DNA from: Eledone cirrhosa
Lineage: Eukaryota
DNA length: 64,000 bases
NCBI GenBank assembly: GCA_964016885.1
Contig: OZ024741.1
Location: forward strand, 318,432,001-318,496,000
Direction of reading: 5' to 3'
Made by a program: the position numbers and the translations under genes. The notes under the pieces are model-generated. The model saw only the letters and a program-made list of their open reading frames with translations, did no database searches and was not told the origin of the DNA. Positions 27,690 through 40,863 of the stretch are shown here, in pieces (the stretch's first letter is position 1; the number at the start of each line of letters is the position of its first letter).

Positions 27690-28175
27690 ACTCATAAATA
27701 CGAACAGTGTCCTTAAATGACGGACTGAATACTTTGATGGTCTTTTGACTCTTGTGATGCTGATGATAAAATAATAAATTCGCATCCTATTTGTGAAGAG
27801 CTGTGTGGGGGTCCAAATGTTAATAGGGATGAAGTAGTAAACCCCCCCCCCCCCCAGAGACATATATCTGAGGAGCTTGATGTGGTACCAACTGTTGATT
27901 AGGTTAAAAAGATTATTAAACTGATGTCTAATAGAAAAGAAAAACAGCCAGGACGAAATATTCTCGGAGATTTACAATTTTGGTAGCTGCACTTTGTTGA
28001 AAATGTTCAATAAAGAACTCTGCGAGATCTCGAAGAGTGGTACGGTCCCCCAACAGAATAACGGTGCTTCTATTGTTCATCTATATAAACAAAAATAAAG
28101 GCAAGAAATCAGTACACGGCAATCACCGTGGGAACCTAACTCCTCTCAATTTCAGGGAAAATTTTGCTTGCGTTA
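27690..28175 (+). mobile_element. Decayed RTE/BovB LINE fragment (RT N-terminal part)
   Basis: EELDVVPTVD*VKKIIK...GTVPQQ..ASIVHLYK..KGKKSV.GNHRG..LLSISGKIL, with frameshifts and stops. Confidence 0.8.
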
Positions 28176-29565
28176 AAGTAAATATAATCAAAAACATCTT
28201 GCTCTTGTACATATAATCAGAACATCTTTGCTCCCGTAACAGTACATATAACCAGAAAATCCTTGCTCGCGTAATCTCCTTATAATATATAACCAGCAAT
28301 TTCTCTGTCTGTCTGTCCGACGCGTAGAGAGAGAGTGAGAGTGGAAGAAAGAGACAGACTACAAGAGGGGGATAGCGGGAGGGAGAGAGAGAAACGCTGG
28401 AAGAGGGGAAGGAAAGCTATGTCTTGCTGTCTGCATTACGATACATATATATATACACACACTGAGCGCGTCATAATGACGTAATGCAGACAGTCTGACA
28501 TACAGACAGATATTATAAGGGTGCAACGTTATATCTATGTATCTATCTAAAAAGAAAGACTAAGAATTATATAGAGAGAACGCTAAATCGCCTAATGCGG
28601 TCCCTAGGGCATTGAAAATTTGAAATAATTTTTGCTCAAAACACTCACAGGACCATAAGTATTACATGTCTAAAGTTTGAAAACAATCGGTTGGATGGTT
28701 CTCAAGTTTTAGTGAGCTGACAGACAGACAGATATTCTCTGTTTTAAATATATAGACTAGCAGAAAACCGCCCTTGGGTGGTTTTCTGCTAGTCTATATA
28801 TATAAAACTGAGGTTGTCTGTCTGTCTGTCTACTAAAACGGTCGGCACACATCTCCTCCTAAACCGTACGTTCAAATTTCGGTGAAATTGCTACACTTGT
28901 AGATGAAGGTCCGGCGGAGACATCGGTCAAAATTATTTTCAAATCGACCCACGCCAAGTGCAAAAATCGAATTTGTAATGTATTGATTTTTCAGTTCAAA
29001 TGTATAAATAGAGATGAGAGACGAGTTATTTCCCTTTTATGGCGTCATTCTGTTTATCTATTTACATTACGAATAAACGACGCGTGCAAATATACAAAAA
29101 TACACGAACAGTTTTCGGGCCAGCGAAATTTTAACCTGCAAAATTCATGAGTTCGAAGTTTCAACATTAAGCTTCCATTTTGCTTCATTTCCATTAAAAA
29201 GTCTTATTTTTGTTAATAGATTACCAGTGCAGTTTTTATCCCCAGCATCCTCTTTTGTTTTAACATTCGGATTATGGTTATGTTTTCTTAACTTCATAAG
29301 GCATACTGTTGGTTGAGGGAATATTAATCAAAAGTACCACATGAAAGTCTACACTGTAGACTCTACAATTTTTAAGCCAAGAAAGGAACTTAACATTGTA
29401 ACTTTAACAGAGCTACTGAGCAGCCCTGAGCAACGCCGGGCTTTACTGCTAGTAGTAAATATAATTTTTAAAAAAACATTGCTCGTGTGATAGTAAATAT
29501 AATCAGAAAATCTTTGCTCGCGTAAGAGCAAATATAATCAGAAAATCCTTGCTCGCGTAAATAAA
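28150..29565 (+). repeat. ~35 bp minisatellite (AAATATAATCAGAAAATCCTTGCTCGCGTAA...) split by a Helitron
   Basis: Units at 28150-28274 and 29453-29565. Confidence 0.75.
28275..29452 (+). mobile_element. Composite non-autonomous Helitron
   Basis: 5' TC at 28275, 3' hairpin GCCCTGAGCAACGCCGGGC and CTAG at 29449-29452. Inserted between A and T without TSD; (TCTG)n near the 5' ends. Confidence 0.85.
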
Positions 29566-30322
29566 ATCAGCACATATTTATTTCATACGTTCTACACTGA
29601 ATCCCAATGTGACTTTCTAGCTTAATGTAGGGCAGTCCATATGATTGATGCATGTGTAAAATGAGGAGGGCGCCAGCTTGCATGAATATGGGATCATTGT
29701 TGTTGTCCCAAGAGTTATAAGTGCACCAAGAGTTATAAGTGATTTTCAATAGAGAGTTTATTTCCACCACCCAATAAAAATATCGATTTATTGACCATAA
29801 CCCCTTGATGTAAATTTGGTGCTATAATACCATCTATTAGAATAGATGTTGTTATAGGAACATCATTATTAATATATTGCATAAAAAACATATAATCAAG
29901 TAAAATAATAAAATATTAGTTGCATTACATTAGCAATGTGTTTTACTAAATGCTTATATAGCGCTTTCTGGTTATGAAAAAACACAATAATCACCACAAT
30001 TAAATGGATAATTATTAATGTCAAGATTCCAACCTTCATCAGTAGCCAGTCTTTGTTATTAATTAATCAAACAGGACAATAACTGTCCATAATTAAGTTT
30101 GTGTCGGGACACAAACTCATGTGTTCATATGGCGAGCGACTTGGCAGCAAATGTGATAGTCTTTGATAGTAAAATACAAGGAGGAATACTAAAAATAGCT
30201 CCCTCGCATTCCATAAAGCATCTCAACCTTTATATTGAAAAGATGAGAGCTTATATATATATATATATATACATGCATGTTGTTGAATAATTTGATATTG
30301 CATATACTGTTATACTATATAT

Positions 30323-30437
30323 AATTGTTTCTACGTTAGGCACAAGGCCAGCAATTACCCAGTGTATTACTGGTACTTTATTTTATCGACCCCGTAAGGA
30401 TGAAAGGCAAAGTTAACCTCGGCGGGATTTGAACTCG
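30323..30437 (-). mobile_element. SINE family 1, 5'-truncated
   Basis: Core and tail only. Confidence 0.85.
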
Positions 30438-30470
30438 GATATACTATATATAATGTTTGATAGTTTTGTC

Positions 30471-30526
<56 letters not shown>

Positions 30527-30529
<3 letters not shown>

Positions 30530-30662
30530 GAGTGGATAATATGAAAAGATTCAGGACCCCGACGGCTGAGCTCCGGCCATTTCGACAGTTAGATCCAAAC
30601 GTTCGGACCGAGCTGTCGAAACGGCCGGAGCTCAGCCATCGGGGTCCTGAATCTTTTCATAT
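30527..30662 (-). mobile_element. Penelope-like fold-back element, family B (short tail)
   Basis: ATATGAAAAGATTCAGGACCCCGACGGCTGAGCTCCGG...CCGGAGCTCAGCCATCGGGGTCCTGAATCTTTTCATAT. Confidence 0.7.
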
Positions 30663-30964
30663 TTATATATATATATATATACATATACATAATAATAAGT
30701 TGACAGGACCAGCATAAGGTTTCCCTGCTAGTACCGGTTGCATCTCAGCGTACTCAATAGGTAAGATTATGTAAAAAATCCCAGAGTAGGCACAAAGTTA
30801 TTTGCTTCATTACAACACACGTAAATGGGTACTATGAATCTATACCCATACTCGAGTTTCTGTCAACTTAATGCAGCAAGAAAGCGCACAGCATCTACTG
30901 TCTGCATTTATTATGCAACAGTGCACAATCGGCGCATGTGGCTTCATCAGCGGGTCTTCGCTAA

Positions 30965-31240
30965 TTAATCCACATCTACGCACATATATATGTGTGAGTG
31001 TAAAAGAGAAAAGTAGAGTGTTGGGAGGACTTACAATAATGCGAGAACTCGTTCACATTTTCACAATGATATCATATAAGTATATATATATATATCTATG
31101 TACATGGTCAGCATTTGAAGTGATATCATTATGAGAATGTGAAAGAGTACTCGCATTATTGTAAGTCCTCCACTTCTTCCTCTTTCTTCTCCCACACTCT
31201 ACTTTTCTCTTTTACACTCACACGTATATATGTGGATTGA
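30965..31240. repeat. Imperfect ~100 bp-arm inverted repeat
   Basis: GTGTGAGTGTAAAAGAGAAAAGTAGAGTG...TGATATCA / TGATATCA...CACTCTACTTTTCTCTTTTACACTCACAC. Confidence 0.8.
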
Positions 31241-31362
31241 TAACCATTTAAATAATGTTCTCCCCAAAATATTTCGATTGTTCCGTTTGATCTTACATAT
31301 TTGTCAACAACTTAACATTTATGGTCTCTATCTCTCTCCATCTCTTTCAAGCTCACAGCCCT

Positions 31363-31402
<40 letters not shown>

Positions 31403-31409
31403 TCTCTCG

Positions 31410-31451
<42 letters not shown>

Positions 31452-31702
31452 TCCTGATCATTTTGTTCGTCTCTTGCTCCGTCGCACTCGCTTTCTCATC
31501 CCTAGCTCTCTCTACCCCATGTTTGTCTATCTTTCATCTCCCTCTTGCTCTTTCTCTGTCTGTCTCCCCCCCCCCCTCTCTTTCTCTCTCTCTATATATA
31601 CACTCTGCCTTCACTTCCTATTTCTATCTTTCTCTCACTCTGCGTTTCGGCATTAAATACGTTCTTTATTCGTTTCCGTTGGGACACACACACACATACA
31701 CA

Positions 31703-31752
<50 letters not shown>

Positions 31753-32368
31753 TGCGAACGTGCACATGCAAACACATACATCCATATGTTTTTTCACCTA
31801 CAATCGACCGATCGTTGGGATCGATATTAGGCTAAGATATCTATCTATTCGACAATGTAGCGTGTGTATGTATGTAGGCCTGAATGTATTTACGTAAGTA
31901 CGTATGTATGTACTGAGCTACTTAAACTAACAACCTACATATCTCATATCTCCCATATTATATATACACATACATATGTGTGTGCGTGTATATATATATA
32001 TATAATATAATATGATATGATATAATATATGATATATATATGTATATATATATATATATATACATATATATGTATATGAAATATAATATATATATATATA
32101 TATATATAGCCACATTTTCTTACATTCTCTAATTGCCACTTTCCTCCCCAACCCTACCATCTTCAAAAAATATATAAGTCTACTTCACCCAATATGACAA
32201 ACTATTCCTGGCAAATGTGCCATGAAGGGAGATAATAAGGATTTGAAAAATAATACAAAAAATATCATGTTGATTTAAAGCATAAACAGACAGTAATATA
32301 TAAAAATGATATGTATTTTTATACACACACACATATATATATATACATATATACTCACACATACACAC

Positions 32369-32428
<60 letters not shown>

Positions 32429-33081
32429 TTATATATAGGATTTGGCAACTGCTAATACATCAATATATTCATAATTATAGTTATATGTGTAACTTTAGTG
32501 CGTGTATTTCTCTCTCACTGTGTCTACCTCTCACTTTTTTCGTTCTCCCCCCCCCCCTCTCTCTCTCTCCCTCTCTGTCTATATGTATATATATATATAT
32601 AATTGAGGGATCTGTACGCAATCAAACTCGTATCGTTCTCCTATGCGCAAAAAGATTCCATAAATATTCCATATTTTCATATATATATATATATATATCT
32701 TGGTGTCTGTATGTCTGTGTGTATGTATATATATGTATGTATATATGTCCATGTGTCTATGTATGAATTTATGTACGTATGTATGTATTAAGCAATTCTG
32801 AGAAAGTTGAAGCGAATAAAAAGTGAGACTCCAGCTGGTATCGAAACCTCTATTACTACACTAATGTAGTCAACATACCGTTAGTCTTATTATCACTAAT
32901 TATTGACTCTGCGGAATTGAAAATCGTTGGTTTGCTTTTTCTTATTCTTCACAATATCTTTTTCAATGGCTATAATGTTTTCTTTACAATATATACTCAG
33001 GCTTATAAAAACTATTATAATGGTACATGGAGATTACTATATTAGATAGTTGTGTCGCTACAGTTAGTTTAGGTATAAATG

Positions 33082-33228
33082 GGTTCCAATACATGGTTGT
33101 GTGGTTCCAATACATGGTTGTGTGGTTCCAATACATGGTTGTGTGCTTCCAATACATGGTTGTGTGCTTCCAATACATGGTTGTGTGCTTCCAACACATG
33201 GATGTGTGGTTCCAACACATGGTTGCGT
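33082..33228. repeat. 21 bp minisatellite (GGTTCCAATACATGGTTGTGT), ~7 units
   Basis: Direct reading. Confidence 0.9.
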
Positions 33229-33312
33229 GCATAACTTGTGGATTGTTGACAAGATGTCAAAAAGAAAAATGCTTATTATTTTGCTAAGCACTTTGTCCAT
33301 GCTCATCTAATA

Positions 33313-33542
33313 TTAATCCTTTTGATATCAGGCTCTTTGAAACCGCTTGTGATTCTATGATACAATGCTGTTTATGCTATAGTGTTTATATTTATCTAAA
33401 AACGTTACATAATTTTATGTAAGAACTTTTATTAGGTTATGTTTCAAATGCCTGCATTATTAAATCACTCAAAATTCTTGAATTTTTTTCGAAATCCCTC
33501 CAAAGAATATTGTTTTTTACTAGAAATATGGTAACGAAAGTT
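33313..33542 (-). mobile_element. piggyBac-type MITE family, degenerate copy
   Basis: TTAATCCTTTTGATATCA...AGAAATATGGTAACGAAAG; homologous to 41639. Confidence 0.6.
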
Positions 33543-34323
33543 TTGCTGAAGAGAATCTGCTAGTGAAACAATGCCACCAAAATACAAAAAACAACAGACA
33601 TTCATAATATGTTTTTTAATTTTTATAAAGGCCAATGACTTGTGGGGAGAGGAAAGTCGATTACATCAACATCTGTACGTGACTAGTTCTATATGTTATC
33701 AACCTCAGAAAGATGAAAAACAAAGTTGGCCTCGACGGGATCTCAACACAGAACGTAAAGAGACGTAAAAATACTGTAAAGGCATATTGTCCGACACTCT
33801 GTCGACTCTGCCAAAACACCACACTGTAGATACCCAGTATATGAAAGTTTTTTTAGAGGTCTGAACGTTATGTACGGTCCAAAATTAAATGACACTGGCC
33901 CTTTGATATTACAAGTACAATTCATTTGGTTCAGCTGAGTAGACTGGGACATGAAATAGTGTCTTTCTCAAGGACACAACTGGTGAACGGGACCAGGAAA
34001 CGAACTCACAACTTTACGATTCTGAGCCCAGCACATTAACAATTATGCCACATACCTAATGGTTATAATTATAAAATCCACCCCTCTACACACACACACT
34101 CTCTCTTTCACACACACACACACACACGCACACGCACACGCACACGCACACGCACACAAACGCACACACACATTCCATTCTCAACCACCGCATCACAAAC
34201 TTCAGCGTACCGCTGGTTCCTAAGACGTCAGGCTCATGGATTTTAGAGTATCTGCGGTTCTTATAATTCATTGATTTTAGCGTACCCCCGAGTCTTAAAA
34301 CTCGTATATAATATATATATATA

Positions 34324-34498
34324 TAGAAGTAGTTCCACAACAGTTAGTTCACCATACCGAGAACAAATGTTTCACCTTATGTAGATCATCAGCTCGGATC
34401 CAAATATGGTGAATTAACTGTTGTGGAACAACTTCTACCAAACTCGTCCCAGGGACTGAGTGCTCTTCTACTACGGATATAACCCACCAGTGTCCTAC

Positions 34499-34503
<5 letters not shown>
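34324..34503 (+). mobile_element. Penelope-like fold-back element, family A
   Basis: Inverted arms 34324-34356 / 34405-34438, tail to 34503, (TA)n flanks. Confidence 0.75.
34357..34397 (-). ncRNA. Minimal type-I hammerhead ribozyme
   Basis: CCGAG-CTGATGA-TCTACATAAGGT-GAAAC-ATTT-GTT-CTCGG; perfect 5 bp stem I, weak stem II. Confidence 0.7.
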
Positions 34504-34538
<35 letters not shown>

Positions 34539-35097
34539 GTAGATCATATCTGTTTGTCTGTTCACGAATCCTCCTATGGTTTTGGAGATAGACCCCCCCC
34601 CCACCACCATAACCATATATATTCTGAAACTACATTGCCCAGGGTACTTGGATAAGAATATTTTATTTTAATCAAAGGGTTCCTCGGGGGCACAAACCGC
34701 TGAATATATATATTGTTTTAGCGTACCTCATATTCTTAAAGTATCAACTTCGTGAACTTTACTGTACTGCTAGTTTCAAACAGCTCAGGTTCAAGGACTT
34801 GTACCCACGGTTCTTCAAATTTATTGCAATTACTGATGAGCGGCCTCGTGTTTAGAGTATGATACTAAAGTTATAGTCTACTGTTACATAAATATTACCG
34901 AGGTCAAGTTTGCCTTTCGGCCTTCATGAATCGGTATAATAAAGTACCAGTGAAATACTGCGGTCAATATAATCGATTTACCCATCCAAAATTACTGGCT
35001 TTGTGCCTAAATTACAAATGATTAAGAAATATTGTTGTTGTTTTTAAACTATCTTATGGTAGAGGTAGTACTGCTGCTGTTGTTGTTGATGGTGTGA

Positions 35098-35410
35098 AGA
35101 CGCGTGGCTTTGTGGTTAGGGTATTCGGCGTTCAATCGTAAGGTCGTGAGTTCGATTCCCGGCGGTGCGCTGTGTTCTTGAGCAAGACACTTTATTTTAC
35201 GTTGCTCCAGTCCACTCAATTGGCGAAAATGAGTTGTACCTGTAATTTTAAGGGCCACCCTTGTCACATACTGTGTCAAGCTGAATCTCCCTGAGAAGTA
35301 CATTATCGGTACACGTGTCTATGGAATACTCAGCCACTTGCACGTTAATCTCATGAACAGGCTGTTCCGTTGATCGGATCAACTGTCGTCGTAACCGACG
35401 GAATGCCATA
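35098..35410 (+). mobile_element. SINE family 2, near full-length
   Basis: GTGGCTTTGTGGTTAG A box, GAGTTCGATTCC B box, TTCTTGAGCAAGACACTTT CORE-like motif. Confidence 0.85.
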
Positions 35411-35419
35411 CATGTCGTT

Positions 35420-35965
35420 CGTAGTGGTGGTGGTGGTGGCGGTGCTGTTGTTGCTGTTGTGGTTGGTGGTGGTGATGGTGATGTTATTGGTGGTGGTGAT
35501 GGTGGGGATGCTGATGCCGTTATTGGTGGTGTTGGTAATGTTATTGTTAGTAGTGGTGGGGATGCTGGTGGTGATAGTGATGTTGGCAGTGATGTTTCTG
35601 TTGTTGCTATTGGTGTTTGAAGTAGTGGTGTTGTTGCTGATGTCAATGGTGGTGCTGCTGTTGTTATTGTTGTTGGTGGTGAAGTTGGTGGTGGTGTTGG
35701 TGGTGTTAGTAGTGATGTTTTTATTGTTGTTATTGATGGTATTTTTATTGTTGTTTTTGGTGGTGGTGCTGTTGTTGTTGTTGTTGTTAGTGGTAATGTT
35801 GTTGGACGCGGTTGTGATGTTGTTAATGTTGTTGGCAGCGGTGGTAATGTTGATGGTGGTTGGTGGCAGTGCAGATATGTTTTATTGTTGTTGATGTTGA
35901 TAGTGGTAGTGATGGTGCTACTGCTGTTCCTGCTGCTGCTGTCGTTGTTGATGGTAGTAGTGTTG
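35420..35965. repeat. Degenerate (TGG/TGT/TGA)n trinucleotide tract
   Basis: Direct reading. Confidence 0.9.
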
Positions 35966-36226
35966 TTTATTCTACTCCACCAACATCAACACCACCCCTT
36001 GTCAGACTTGGCTACTGTTTCTAACCAGTCAAGCAATTTCGTATAGGTACACGCGACAGTTCGTACTATTACTGTAATAGTTCAAATCCCGCTGAGGCTG
36101 GCTTTGCCCTTCATCTTTACGGGGTTGATGAAATAAACTACTAGCAATGCATTGGGGTCGATTTAATAGACTTTTCCCTCCCCTAAAATCGTTGGCCTTG
36201 TGCCTAAATCAAAAACTATTATTAAC

Positions 36227-37675
36227 CTGGCCTGGCAGTGCTACCAGAGGCCATTGCCGGTTTGGGACAAACTCTACAGCAAATGTCATCAACCGAGTCT
36301 ATCAGAAATGCGTGCAGGGTGACGGAACCGTTCTACACGTACTCGTCTAGTGCCGGAGTATTGCTGACCCGTGGAGATATGTCCAACAACTGTTGGCACG
36401 TGTAAAACGGATCCACTGCCTTCCTTAGACAAGGAAGGGCAGGCAATTTATACTGCCTGGTGACCATGGTGAAAGAGGTTGTATAGTGGACAAAATTAAC
36501 AGAGCTGAAGACAGACACTTTTCTCTTTGGCCAAGACCTCATAGATTTTTGAAATCTCACTTGAAAAGGAAATTGAGAGTGGAGAAGGAAGTGATGCCTT
36601 CCAGCAAAGTTTTTGAAAGATGGATGAGAGTGTCGGGTATGGTCCGTGTGTATGGGAGCAGTTCTGAGTGTAGAATGTAGATTGGAAGAGGACAACTGGA
36701 TGAAGGCGTTGCCTTAGTGGTGAAGGTGACTGGTTTTTCGTGGGTTTTCCTAACAGTAGCCCTCGAAAGCCTCCCCACCCCACAAAATTAGAAGATTTTT
36801 TCCTTATTTTCATTTTATTGTTGTCCCTTCTGTTTTTGATTTTGTTATTTCCATTTTTTTTACACGATTTTCATGTAAAGCCATACTGTATAGTCATGTA
36901 CTGTCCTCAAACGTCATGTAAAGCCATACTGTATAGTCATGTACTGTCCTCAAACGTCATGTAAAGCCATACTGTATAGTCATGTACTGTCCTCCAACGT
37001 CATGTAAAGCCATACTGTATAGTCATGTACTGTCCTCCAACGTCATGTAAAGCCATACTGTATAGTCATGTACTGTCCTCAAACGTCATGTAAAGCCATA
37101 CTGTATAGTCATGTACTGTCCTCAAACGTCATGTAAAGCCATACTGTATAGTCATGTACTGTCCTCAAACGTCATGTAAACCCTTACTGTATAGTCATGT
37201 ACTGTCCTCAAACGTCATGTAAACCCTTACTGTATAGTCATGTACTGTCCTCAAACGTCATGTAAACCCTTACTGTATAGTCATGTACTGTCCTCAAACG
37301 TCATGTAAACCCTTACTGTATAGTCATCTACTGTCCTCAAACGTCATGTAAAGCCATACTGTATAGTCATGTACTGTCCTCAAACGTCATGTAAACCCTT
37401 ACTGTATAGTCATGTACTGTCCTCAAACGTCATGTAAACCCTTACTGTATAGTCATGTACTGTCCTCAAACGTCATGTAAACCCTTACTGTATAGTCATG
37501 TACTGTCCTCAAACGTCATGTAAACCCTTACTGTATAGTCATGTACTGTCCTCAAACGTCATGTAAACCCTTACTGCATAGTCATGTACTGTCCTCAAAC
37601 GTCATGTAAAGCCATACTGTATAGTCATGTACTGTCCTCAAACGTCATGTAAACCCTTGTGGTTAATAAGAAATC
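36227..37675 (+). mobile_element. 5'-truncated Tx1/L1-type LINE 3' end with expanded 3' UTR minisatellite
   Basis: 36227-36680 homologous to 58420-58920 (TGGCCTGGCAGTGCTACC...). The end CCCTTGTGGTTAATAAGAAA matches CCCCTGTGGCTAATAAAGAAA at ~59130. Confidence 0.85.
36872..37657. repeat. 43 bp minisatellite, ~18 copies
   Basis: CATGTAAA(GCCA/CCCT)TACTGTATAGTCATGTACTGTCCTCAAACGT. Confidence 0.95.
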
Positions 37676-38054
37676 ATAATCATTTTTAACTTGCCTTTTA
37701 TATTTCCAGTTGCTCTGGTTGTTTTTTTAACCCTATTCTTGACCGAACAGACATGTGTTTAAAAGTATCCGAGACGCCATCCATCAATATTATATTCAAT
37801 ATCTAGCATTGTATTATTATTCTTTCTCTCTTTTTATTAAGACGACGGTTGAGTTACAATTTGAAGGGAATTTAGCTGCTATTTCCAGCAGGTCACTCGA
37901 TGTGGAAAGTGTGGGGTGTACTATTTAAGCTCCTTAAGCTCTTCTTATTTCTCTGTAAACACGACGATAATTATTTTAAATTGTGTAACATTGAGAAGTG
38001 GGAGAAGAAAGAAACCATAGCTGAATTTGTATTTAAAATACAGTTCACAGTAGA

Positions 38055-38340
38055 CAGATGAACATGTCTGCCAAATAACACATGGTCCGATATATATGAA
38101 GCTGTCGTCTGCCAAACAACACCTCGTTCGATACAAATGAAGCTGTCGTCTGCCAAACAACACATCGTCCGGTACAGATGAAGTTGTAGTCTGCAATACA
38201 ACACATCGCCCGGTACAGATGAAACAGCCATCTGCTAAACAACACATTGTCCCAAACAGATGAAGCACTCGTCTGCTAAACAACACATTGTCCCAAACAG
38301 ATGAAGCTGTCGTCTGCAATACAACTCAACGTCCCATACA
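38055..38340. repeat. ~41 bp minisatellite, ~7 copies
   Basis: AGATGAAGCTGTCGTCTGCCAAACAACACATCGTCC... units. Confidence 0.85.
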
Positions 38341-39361
38341 AATCGGCCGATATATGTTTACAGCTACGTTTTCTCTCTTTATCTGTGTCAAACCTTTTAT
38401 TTATTTATTCATTCATCATTTATTAGTTTTCACTTAGCCTGAAATCGCCCCTGGTTCTAGGATACAAAAACTATTTAATTTAACGTATTTAAATATTTAT
38501 CTAAAATCTTCCATTGTAATTCTTTGTAAGAACCTTTTTTAATTTGATATTTAAGTATTATCCACAAGACAACTACAGAACTTATTTTATCGATCTCTGT
38601 TATATTTATTATTTACATAACTGTGAATAATAACCACCAGCCAACAGTAGTAATATTATGTGTAGCTCTAACTTTCAATATAACAAATGAGTTTATTGTT
38701 TCAATATGAATTCAGAACCCTGCTAGATTAAATAAACGAATAAACAAGAGGTTCTCTTGACAGTGTAATGTTCTAATAAGGAAGAAAAAAGAAGAAACAA
38801 CACCATATTATTTTCAAAGTTAATCTTTTAATAGAAATATTGTATCGAAAGGGTTAATTTCTGTTAAAAATCCCAATAAGAAAGTTAGTTATATTACTAA
38901 ATCCTTCCCAATTTTTTATATTATTTTCAAAATTATAAATTATATGAAAACCATAGGAAGCGTCTTTCATAAGAAATATGGTAACAGAAAGATTAAATCA
39001 TTTAAACTAGTTCAGAAATATAAACGTTTGGGAAACCTTTGAATATAAAAAAAATAAAAATGAAAAAGAATAAACACGAGGTTAATTTTATTTAGTATAC
39101 GAGTGATAGTCTTCCTTTCAATTATTCTGAGATTCTCACCTTCTTAATGACTGTTCTTGTACAGGTAACACCACACGTGATATATAAATATATATTATTC
39201 ACAATAGAATTTGTTAAAACGAGGTGGGGAGGTTGACACAGATAAATATTTTATACACACACACACTAATTAGTGTATGTATATGTAAATATACATACTT
39301 ATAAAGATATATATATAAATATATATATAGATATAGATAGATATATATATATATATGTAAA

Positions 39362-39394
<33 letters not shown>

Positions 39395-39496
39395 GTAAAT
39401 ATATATATATTTATATATATATCTATAGATATATTTATATATATATCTTTATATATATTTATATATATATATCTTTATATATATTTATATATATAT

Positions 39497-39532
<36 letters not shown>

Positions 39533-39593
39533 TTATAAAGATATATATTGTATATATATATACATATATGTGTGTGTGTGTGTGTGTGTGTGC

Positions 39594-39637
<44 letters not shown>

Positions 39638-39753
39638 GGCCAAGAACAAGTCTCCACGGCTACAAGTTCGATCACAAACTTACCGGAAAGCGACTTATTA
39701 AATTATATCTCGACTTGTGTAATAATTATGCATGTACTTATGTATATGTGTAC

Positions 39754-40307
39754 AGGCGCGTGGTTTAGTAGTTAGGGTGTTCGGCTCACGATGACGAGTC
39801 CGACTTCCGGCGGCGCATTATTTTACTACGGTGGATTGGCAGTATCGGTAGAGGGTCGGATGCCATGCTTTCCAGCATAGTTACGTCCCTTTACGATCTG
39901 AGTTCAAATCCTGCCGAGGTTGACTTTGCCTTTCATCCTTACGGGGTCGATAAAATAAAGTACCAGTAATGCACTGGGTAATTGCTGGCCTTGTGCCTAA
40001 AGTAGAAACAATTATTTTACTTTGGATTGGCAGTATCGGTAGAGGGTCGGATGCAATGCTTTGACGCATAGAATTACGGCTCTTGCCATTCTGAGTTCAA
40101 ATCCCGCCGAGGTTAACTTTGCCTTTCATCCTTACGGGGTCGATAAAATAAAGTACCAGTAATGTACTGGGAATTGCTGGCCTTGTGCCAAAAGTAGAAA
40201 CAATTGTTTTACTTTGCTTCTATCCACTTACTAAAAATGAGTTGTAGGACAAATGACCAACTTCATGACACATTATATGTCATATATATATAAATATGTA
40301 TATTTGC

Positions 40308-40349
<42 letters not shown>

Positions 40350-40450
40350 CACAAATCGCCAGCCTCGTCACGCTGAATCTACCTGAGAATTACGTTACAG
40401 AATGCTCAGCCACTTGCACGTTAAATTCAGAAATTGGCTATTCCGTTATT
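39754..40450 (+). mobile_element. SINE family 2 interrupted by two tandem SINE family 1 copies (39828-40013, 40024-40205) and a microsatellite
   Basis: Family 2 head 39754-39827, body resumes after 40205; TTTTACT repeated at the junctions. Confidence 0.85.
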
Positions 40451-40694
40451 TCAGTTTGTATAATAATTTTATACGAGTTTTACATGATTAGAGAGTCTTG
40501 TAATGATATCTCTGTCTCTCTCTTTCTCTCTCTCAATATATATATATATATATATAATATATATATATATATATAATATATATACATATATATATATAAT
40601 ATATATACATATAATATATATACATATATATATATATATAATATATATACATATATATACATATACATACATATATATATATATACAGACATAA

Positions 40695-40863
<169 letters not shown>

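Noticed and set aside
30900-30955. Minus-strand CTGATGAAGCC as a hammerhead
   Set aside because: GAAA replaced by GATT and stems unconvincing
35370-35894. 174 aa hydrophobic membrane-like ORF and its Pro/Thr-rich antisense
   Set aside because: Trinucleotide low-complexity tract attached to a SINE tail
36872-37657. CRISPR-like regular repeat
   Set aside because: Contiguous tandem units with no unique spacers
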